A DNA stretch of 64,000 nucleotides from Camelus ferus (lineage: Eukaryota): the NCBI RefSeq assembly GCF_009834535.1, contig NC_045697.1:7070001-7134000 (forward strand). The letters run 5' to 3'. Shown here in pieces: positions 55,255 through 64,000 of this stretch. The stretch's first letter is position 1; each line of letters opens with the position of its first letter. A program made the translations under genes and the position numbers. Under the pieces are notes generated by a model. The model had not been told where the DNA came from and ran no database searches. It saw nothing but the letters and a program-made list of their open reading frames with translations.

Positions 55255-55452
55255 GAAAGAAATATTTGCCTCACATAACCCAGTGTATCCAAAATGTCAT
55301 CACTCCAACATACCATCACTATATATAATCAAGGGGATATTTTGCATTTCTTTGTGTTTTACGTCTTCAAACTCCAGGGTGTATATATTTACTTCTACAG
55401 CACATCTCAAGGCCACAGGTGGCTGTTGGCAACTGAGGTGAACAGAGCACAG
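55255..55452 (+). mobile_element. MER33-like hAT-Charlie 3' part
   Basis: aacccagtgtatccaaaatgtcatc...tcttcaaactccagggtgtatat...acagcacatctcaa...ccacaggtggctgttggc. Confidence 0.6.
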
Positions 55453-56349
55453 AACACAGAGATGGACAACACTGCAAAGAGTTGCATTTCTTACTTGAAA
55501 GCTCTTTGATTGTGGAAAGTACTCTCTTAATAGTAAGACCTCTTACCCTGCTCACAAAATCGGAGCTTCCCAAACAAGAAAAAGACCAGGAAGGCAAGTT
55601 TGAACTTGTAAGCAGCATAAAGATAAATTAATTTGTCTCCTTCCAGAATTAAACTAGGCAATGCTAAACAAAGGGAATCTTCTGGAAGTCTGGAGCCCTG
55701 AGCCAACATGGGAACAGACACAGACGGTTCAGGAGCACCTGGAGCCCGGGGCCACATTCCTCCCAAAAGCAATGAAGATGGCTGCCACCTGCCACACTTG
55801 CTACTGAGCAGACCCTGGGCTAGCAGCTCTGCACACCGGACCCCTGTGATGCTCACCGCAGGTCCTCAAGAGAACTGATATCATTACAGCGAAGTGAGGC
55901 TCACGGACATTAAGTGGTTTGTCCACAAAGTTACGGATGAACTAGGATTCAAACTCAGTCTGAACAGGCAAAGTCAGAGATCTCGCTGCTCCTTACCCCG
56001 GGTGGAAATACCCACAGTTAGTCTACATGCAGGTGCTGGGCTCCTTGGTGCGAGTCTCTGGTCCTGGTGAACCTTCATGCTGGGCACTGATTCTCTGATG
56101 AGGAACAAGATTCCTCAGAAGGGAACAGACTGGCTGGAGCATAAAATGAACCTTGTCCCTCCCTTTGGAGATGGATTAAAAGGTCCCACAGAGAGATCCA
56201 GCCCCTCTCTGTTCAGTCCCTTTTATCAGGGAGACCATTTTCTTCATCCTGCAATGATAAACCAAGCCCTGAGTGTCAAGAATTTGAGAGTCTTTCCCAT
56301 CAGCAGCAGCAGGCTTCCTTGGGCCCCTCTCCGAAGATGCTGACCACGT

Positions 56350-56890
56350 GCCAGGCATGGGGAGCACACGGGAGAGGGCACAGGCTTTTCCAGGTGGAGG
56401 TCCCTTGCACTAGGGATTAAATCCAAATTCCTTTCCAGGCCTTCGGAGGAACCTAGGATGGGACCCGCCTGCCCCGCCCGTCTCAGCTGCTCATTTAAGC
56501 CAAGCCCTGACCTTTCTGTTCGTTTGAACACACCAAGTTCATGCCAGCTCTGGGGCCTGGCATTTGCAGCTCTCTCTTTCCAGGATGCTGGCCCCAGGCT
56601 TTCTGAGGCTGGCTTTCTCTTGTCAGGTTTTATTTCAAATGCTGGCTTTCCCCGCCGCCACATCAGCCCACCTGCTCTCCTTTCATCACGTTCTTCCCTA
56701 TCATCCTGTTTTATACTCCTCATATACACTCCAAAATTATATTTGCTTGTTGATTGTCTGCCTCTGCACCAGACAGTATCAGTTCAGAGCTCCTCTATTG
56801 GTGTCCTGTCTCTCTCTGTGGCATCCTCTGGGGCTGGCATGATCACCGGGACACAGCAGGTGCTAGAGAGCCTATTTGCTGAATGAACAC
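56350..56890 (+). mobile_element. L2 3' end
   Basis: cccttgcactagggattaaatccaaattcctt...ggcctggcatttgcagctc...acacagcaggtgct...tatttgctgaatgaac. Confidence 0.7.
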
Positions 56891-56948
56891 GTCAAATGTG
56901 GTGGAAAGTTAGGCAAATGGCTGAAGGCACTGAGAAAGGCCTTCTATT

Positions 56949-57595
56949 CAATACTCCTGGGCATATATCTGGAGGAAACTATAATTCGAAAAGGCACATG
57001 CACCCCAATGTTCATAGCAGCACTAGTTACAATAGCCAAGACATGGAAGCAACCTAAATGTCTATCGACAGATGACTGGATAAAGAGGATGTGGTATCTG
57101 TACATACATAATGGAATATTACTCTGCCACAAAAAGAATGAAATAATGTATTTGCAGCAACATGGATGGACCTAGAGATTACCATATTAAGTGAAGTAAA
57201 TCAGACAGAGAAAGACAAATATCATATAATATCACTTATATGTGGAAACTAAAAAATAAATACAAATTCTATTTACAAACCAAAAACAGATTCAGGGACA
57301 TAGAAAACAAACTATGGTTACCAAAGGGGAAAGGGTGGGGAGAGATAAATTAGGGGTTGGGGATTAACAGACACATGTTACAGTATATATAAAATAGGTA
57401 AACAACAAAGACCTAATGTAGAGCACAAGGAACTATATTCAATTTCTTGTAATAACATATAATGGAAAAGAATCTGTAAAGAAAAAAAAATACATATATA
57501 TGTATGTATATGTACAACTGATCACTTAACTATACACCTGAAACTAATATTGTAAATCAACTACACCTCAATAAAAAAAAAACATTAAAAAAAGA
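56949..57595 (+). mobile_element. L1 3' fragment, collinear, with poly(A)
   Basis: LLGIYLEETIIRKGTCTPMFIAALVTIAKTWKQPKC...; ends tgtaaatcaactacacctcaataaaaaaaa. Confidence 0.92.
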
Positions 57596-58656
57596 GAAAA
57601 GCGTAACAGTTTGTCCATTTCTGAAAATGATTACATCAAACGGGAGTGAGTTTTTTCTCCCTAGAAGGTCAAGCAGACACAAGATGTTGAAAGGGAGCCT
57701 CAAAACCTCTCATGCTGATTGACCAAGATGACCTGAGAATCTAGAAAATATTTGAATGAAAAAAGGAGGGGAAGCAGTGAGATAACCCTTCAACAATATT
57801 TTAATTTTCTCCTTAAGTCTTCTCATTACAATAATGCACATCGTGACCTAAATTTCAAATGTAATTAATACAATTCTCTCGGTCCCACCACTGGAATATA
57901 TTCATGGATGAAATGAAATGACCAGAATATTTCACAAGAGGGACATTCAGTGCATCGGAACAAGGATGCCCGTGAACCCTCCATCTGCAGGAAAGCCTCC
58001 CCAGCCTCTCAGCCAAAGCAGGAGACACAGCAGACACAGGCAAGAATCTCCCCTCGGATAACCAGGGTGATGAAAACACGGACACACGAGTCATATAAAG
58101 GATTTGACAAGAGTATTGGAGAGGGAGAGATTACTCCTGAGCCCCCATTGTGTGTCAGGAGGTAAACACTCATGTATGAATTATCCCCCGTCATATTTGT
58201 AGCAATATGAAGAAATACTTCTTCTCATTTTATTTGATAATTTTTAAACAGTGAAAAGGCAGTGTGTAATTGTCAAAAAGCAAAGAAGCTTTTGCAGCTG
58301 GACAGATCCAGGCTAGAATTCTTAGAGCTAACTGACCTCAGAGAAGTTTATCATCTCTCTGGGGCTCAGTGTGCCATTCTGCAAAATGGGCTCAAACCAA
58401 TCTCACATGAATGCCTTCATGATTAAATAAGATTACCCAGGCCAAAGAGACAGCACACGGCCTGACACTCGGTAGGCAGTCAGCAAATGTTAACGGCCTG
58501 TCTTTCTCCTCAAGGCAGATACGGAAATATGCTTTGAAGTTTAAGTGACCTTTTCAAGGTCACAGACCAGGAAGCATGATAACTAAATTTCTGAGGACCA
58601 TCCCTAAAGCCTGCTTTTTCCCAGAGCTCTGGCTTCCCCATTAGAGTCGCCAGGCA

Positions 58657-58970
58657 CAGGGCTTTCCAAACTCACGCCTGCACTCCAGTCCCCTGGGGAT
58701 GGAGCTGAAAATGCAGATTCTGGGGGGAGGGTATAGCTCAGCAGTACAGTGCACGCTTAGCATGAACGAGGTCCTGGGTTCAATTCCCAGTACCTCCACA
58801 AAATAAAAAATGCATTTTAAAAAACCTTAATTACCTCACCCCCCAAAAAATTTTTTTGAAAAATGCAGATTCTGATCCCAGAGGTCTGGGGAGAGGCCCG
58901 AGTCTGTGTTTCTAACAAGCTTCCACAGGAACTGGTCTGCCCACACACAGCCCTGGGGACGGCAAGAACC
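58657..58970. mobile_element. MER5A-like hAT-Charlie relic interrupted by the SINE
   Basis: The empty-site sequence aaaatgcagattctgatcccagaggtctgggg...tctgtgtttctaacaagcttcc is characteristic of MER5A. Confidence 0.65.
58723..58859 (+). mobile_element. tRNA-Ala-derived SINE (camelid Vic-1-like) with 15-bp TSD
   Basis: The head gggagggtatagctcagcagtacagtgcacgcttagcatgaacgaggtcctgggttcaattcccagtacctcca resembles tRNA-Ala(AGC) with A and B boxes, followed by an A/T-rich tail. The perfect TSD aaaatgcagattctg lies at 58708-58722 and 58860-58874. Confidence 0.88.
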
Positions 58971-60330
58971 CGTGAGCTTAGAACCTCTGTGCCAATTCAG
59001 AGCCAGAGTCTGACCCTCTCCTTTGCCCTGGGCTGGGATGGCTCATGCTCCTTTGGGCTTTGTTTCTTATGGTTGTCGGGGAAGTTTGTTTTCAATTCCA
59101 GGACTGTAAACGATTGCGGTAGGCAAAATAGAGGGGGATCCGGCTGGCCACAGGGGCGGTATTATCTGTGGAGAAGGGCAGAGGGGAGATGTTGGAATTC
59201 AGAGGATTTAGAAGCAAAACCCCAGGCTCCAATCTCAGCTCTACAACTTAAAACCCACCAGACAGCAATGAAAACTCAGTGCCAGAGAGCCAGTGCGTTG
59301 GCCAATATATCAATTGTGAGGATTAAATAAAACAGTCCACGTGGATGCTTACAGCAATGCCGTGTTGCCTGGCCCGTGGCGAGCCCTTCCTTCAACTGTG
59401 GTAGCTACTTTTATCCCTAAAAATAAAAGAGGGCCGTGTGGTATAAATGGGTTCAAGAATGATAATTAGTCAAACGCATTTGTTCACGATCTGAAGTCCT
59501 GCGGTGACTCAACCAGAAAGAGGCTCACGGAAGAAAGGACAGTGACACACGGAAACGATCCAGGCTGTCTGTCTGGGAAGGGGCGCTCCGAGGGCCCTTC
59601 CCACCTGCCCGAGTCGCGGCTGCCAGGTGTGCGCGGCCCCGAGCGAGGCTCCCGGGAGGGGAGCCACGTTTAATCTGCGGTGCTGTGCACAGAAGGCAGC
59701 GGTGACCTAAATAAATCCTTCATTAGAAGCAGAAACACACTGGCAGAGGCAGAGCACAGCAGAGCTCCGTGACAGGAGGGCGGACGGGCCCTCTTATTAC
59801 TCAGAGCAGCTGAGTGGGAAAGGGGGGCCGTGCTCGCAGACGGGGGTGGGCAGGAGCCAGGCTGCCTCTGCGCACTTGGATGTGCACGGCTCACTCCCTG
59901 CTCGGGTGTGACCCAGTCTTCTGACAGGTGATGGGAGCCTCCCTGGTTAAGGGGACAGTCATCATCTCCCCCCAGGTGGCGAGCACGCAGAAAGTCCCTG
60001 CATTTCCCCAGAAATGGCCAGGAAAGACCCACAGAACATCAGAAGCCAAAGAACCCTGTGCCATCATCTTGTCCTGTCCTTATCCCTGTCGATGGGGAAA
60101 CAGGCAGGCAGAGAACGGGAATCCCAGGTCAAGCGTGCAGGGGCTGAACTGAGTCAGCAACCGAGGTCCCCTGGACCCCACAACCCTGGACCCCAAACGC
60201 ATGGAGATCAGCACTTGTTTTTGTTGGGGGCAGGGAACATTAGAATAGTTTGCAGCTGAAAATAAATATACAAACCAGAGTAAATTCTCCCCCTGTTAGA
60301 AGGAGGATGTGTCTCATTTCTTGAACCAGA

Positions 60331-60708
60331 CTGGATGGACTGAATTTTGTCCGCCACCCCCGCCCGCAGATTCCATATGCTGAAGCCCTTATCCTCAGTG
60401 GGTGGATATTTGGAGATGGGGCCTTTGGAAGGTAATCAGATTTAGATGAAGTCATGAGGATAAGACTGACAATGGATTAGTGTCCTTAGGAAGAGAGGAA
60501 GAGAGATTAGAACTCTCTTCTGCCACGTGAACACACGAGGAGATGGCAACCATCTACAATCAGGAGAGAACTCTCACCAGGAAGTGAATCCACTGGCATC
60601 TTGATCTTGGACACCCCAGGCTCAAGAGTTGAGAAAAATGAATATTTGCTGTTGATTAAGTCACCCTGTCTATGGCATTTTGTACAGCTGCCCCAGTAGA
60701 CCAATACA
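60331..60708 (+). mobile_element. MLT1A-like solo LTR
   Basis: atggactgaattttgtcc...atatgctgaagccct...tttggagatggggcctttggaaggtaat...ctggcatcttgatcttggac...gaccaataca. Confidence 0.85.
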
Positions 60709-61795
60709 CAGCCCTCAGAAGAAACAGTAAAGAAAAAGAACCTGCCTGGAATTGCTTCCACTGCTGTAAGTCTTCCCAGGGGTAGCACACAACGGTCTCC
60801 TGGATCCAGGCAGGTGACATCAGCCTAGGAAGCCGGACGGCCGGCTGGGACCACAGTGAGCAGCCCTGTGCATATGTGGTCTGTCTAAAAAGCCAGCTGC
60901 TGCCAACTCCGGCAGGTGCTGCCGGAGACGAGGGACCGGGGCTGTCTGATCTTTGCATTTTCCAGATTCAACTATGGAGACTTCTGTGAAAACTCCTGAT
61001 TTTTATTTTATGAGTGTAATAAATGGATATTAGTTGCCAAGTGAAGTGAGAAAAAGAGAAAAGACTGGAAGGCAAATCTGCAAAGACTGACGTGTCAGGT
61101 CCATTCTTCGCCCACAGGTGATCACTCAGACTTGGACAAGGCACCTACCATGTTTCTAAGTTTGTGCTGAGCTCCCCGGGACACAGAAATAGCCCAGTCA
61201 CTGTCCTTAGAGCACCCTGTAAAGTCGGAGATACTCGTGCAAGAAAACCTATTAACCATGCTCAGTGTGAGCAGGGATCAGGCACAACTGCACCAGAGCC
61301 CAGAGGAGAGAGGTTGCACAGGCGGAAGACAGGGGAGGGCCCTGTTCATCCCACTGAAAAGCAATCAATGGCCAGGCATAATCTGGGAGGAGGCTTGGGA
61401 GTGGCTTGGCAGGAAGTCCCCCAGGGGCAATCACCCCAGGTAGAGTTTGCAGCAGCATCAGGGCTGGAGGTGTGGCATGGGGGCTGCTGGTGCTGGCGGT
61501 GGTATGGAGGTACAGTCTGTAGGGGAAGGTGGCAGCTAGGAGGCTGCAGGAGCTGGCAGGGGCCACAACCTGAGATTCAGAAACACAGCGGAAGGGAAAG
61601 CTCTATGGCAGTGGGACAAAGGGGACAAAGCATAAGGTCCCGAGCTTGAATCCCAGTAACGCCACCTGCAGACTCCAAGCGGGATAAGCTCATGGAAAAT
61701 CTTGGAAACTACTGCTCACTTTTGGTCCAAGAGCTTGGTTTTGTCTTTTCTTTTGGATATGAGTGTTCTTGGTTTAAGGTAATCATTTAAAAACA

Positions 61796-62343
61796 GTTAA
61801 CCTATTTTTTATATAGTAGTTAGTATCTGCAAATCCCAAACTCCTAATTTATTCCTCTCCCCTCCCTTTTTCCCCCAAACCATAAGTTTGTTTTCTGTCT
61901 ATGAGTCTGTTTCTGTTTTGTAAATAAGTTCACTTGTGCCATTTTTTTTTTAGATTCCACACGTAAGTGATATCATATGATATCTGTCTTTGTCTGACTT
62001 AATTTCACTTAGTAGGATAATCTCAAGATTCACCCATGTTGCTACAAATGGTATCATTTCATTCTTTTTATGGCTGAGTAGTATTTCATTGTATACATAC
62101 AAACACACATATATATGTATGTATGTATGTGTGTGTATATATATGTATTTATATATATACATCACATCTTTATCCAACCGTCTACAAGGTCCTACTCTCT
62201 AGCACAGGAAACTATTGAATATCTTGCAATAACCTATAATTCTATAGAATGTGGAAAAGAATATATATGCATAGCTGAATCAATATGTTATACACTAGAA
62301 ACTAACACAACATTGTAAATTAACTGTAGTTAAATTAAAAAAG
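61796..62343 (+). mobile_element. Second 5'-inverted L1 3' fragment
   Basis: 61796-~62184 is antisense L1 3' sequence (minus ORF ...KKNEMIPFVATWVNLEIILLSE). ~62184-62343 is the sense terminal 3' UTR (acaaggtcctac...tgtaaattaactgtagttaaattaaaaaa). The two parts are nearly contiguous when compared with the collinear L1 copy at 56.9-57.6 kb. Confidence 0.85.
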
Positions 62344-64000
62344 CAGACAGTAACGTGAGCGCTTAGGACTGACCTGCACTGTGAAACATACCGGGGCGGA
62401 GCGAGGACTGGCATCCCTGCCTGCAAGCCCCTGAGGCGGAGGCAGGCGTGGACGGAGGTAAAGCACGGCACCACGGCTGGGTTTGAGTTTGTACTGTCTG
62501 TATTTTTTTTCCCTTTTCCGAATTAAATTGCTGCTGCTCCTGTGATAGCACTAAATAAAGCAACAGTGAATGACTTTCCTTCATCCCTCACACATACACA
62601 CACGGCTGTGATTTCTGTTCATCCCTTACTTTAACAAAATTTTTGAAACACTGTTCAAGTTCAGTATTCCCTTTTTCTTAAGCTATAGGCTTTACAAAAT
62701 GAATTAGTGTCTCATTTGCCTCTGATTCAAGCTTTAACTTATCTATAATGCATTTACCTTAAGTAGGAAACACCTGCCTTATTATCTCAGTCATCTTGAA
62801 ATCTTTAATCTGTCCAGAACAGCACCTAGATCTTGCACTCAACACAGCCTTCTCTGTGATCTCATGTTACCTTGTTACAAATTCAATTATCATTAGATGA
62901 AATATAATTCTATACAGGACATTCAATCATCACCAGACTGATCATTTATTCTTTCTGAATGTTGATGCAAAGTGATTTATATTGCATATTTTTAAAATGT
63001 TGTTAATTATTATTGCTTAAATAACATATTTGAAACAATCTGGCATCTGGGGGAGACATTCAGGAATCCTCAGGATGAATTATTACAAGAGCTCAGAGGT
63101 GGGAGGCGGGTGGTTAAAGGGGTGAGTTTGAATTGCACTCTATCCCTTACTTCCTCTTTGGGACCAAGAGCAAGTCATGTGACCCCTATGTGCTTCATTG
63201 TTTTTTTGTTTTTTTTTAACCTGAAATGTAGGGATGGTAACAGTATTAATTCTGTAGGATTGTCATGAGTATTAAAGGAGGTATTACTCCACGAAGCACT
63301 AAGAAGAGGGCCTGGCAAATAGGACACCCTCACTGAATATTATCATCAACACTGTCGGATCCCTGTTTTCCACTGCAGTGACTGAGAAAGGTCGTATTCA
63401 GGTAATCAAAACTGCCAATGCCATGACTTCAGGCATATAAAGTGCATCTCCACCAAGTCGTCTTTGCTTGAAGGGACCAATGCACAAGAGTGAACAGGGT
63501 GCTGGGCTGGGAGTTGGGACCCGGAGTCTAGTCCCAGATTCTGCCCTGACTTTTGTATGACCTCGATCAAGACGCAGAAATATTCTAAGCCTCGTTTACA
63601 AAAGGAAATAATCAGACCATAAATTCTAAGACCATCTGCCTTCTTATAGCTAAAAAGTGAAGGCTTTAGAGAATTAAGAAACATGGCAAGATACTATTAT
63701 CCAAAATTCTGAACAAAGCAATCACTTAAAAATAAAGTTTTACCATTTGGGCCGGCATCAATCTAACATTTCACGGGTTAAAGCCGGCAACATATGTGGA
63801 ATTTCCACACTCCTGAGATTCTGTTAATAAGGGAAAATAAGACAGCTTCTAGCAGGAAAGACTGACTCTTGGGTAGGGTCTCCCCTACCTGCCACTCTGG
63901 TTCTATTCAAATCATATTCAGTGTTCGTTTACCAAACATTCACTGAACTAGGACCTGATTAAGAGATGGATCAGCTAGATTAGAGGACCATCTATAAAGG

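Noticed and set aside
56244..56886. 161-aa and 142-aa overlapping ORFs
   Set aside because: They lie within an L2 relic and are chance open frames.
58723..58798. Functional tRNA-Ala gene
   Set aside because: Stem mismatches, an attached SINE tail and a 15-bp TSD indicate a retroposed SINE.

Overview
Mammalian genomic DNA, most likely a camelid (alpaca/llama/camel), inferred from a tRNA-Ala-derived Vic-1-like SINE. It holds one recognisable protein-coding gene: the single coding exon of HS3ST1 (heparan sulfate glucosamine 3-O-sulfotransferase 1) on the minus strand (ATG 51490, TGA 50554). This exon has a splice acceptor at 51601-51602, two small uORFs and an AT-rich 3' UTR. As given, the CDS is 937 nt and carries a +1 frameshift at codon 46 (one extra G in 51354-51356). 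The frameshift lies in one arm of a perfect 10-bp inverted repeat, and deleting one base restores a 311-aa enzyme with all recognisable motifs. A sequencing or assembly error is the most parsimonious explanation, but a real allele is not excluded. The rest is the upstream intron (>51.6 kb) and about 50 kb of gene-poor downstream sequence full of L1, L2, MIR, MaLR/ERV LTRs and DNA-transposon relics. These include two twin-primed (5'-inverted) L1 insertions and several nested insertions. Repeat subfamily names are from visual recognition only. I found no convincing novel biological system, and nearly all other ORFs in the track are noise.
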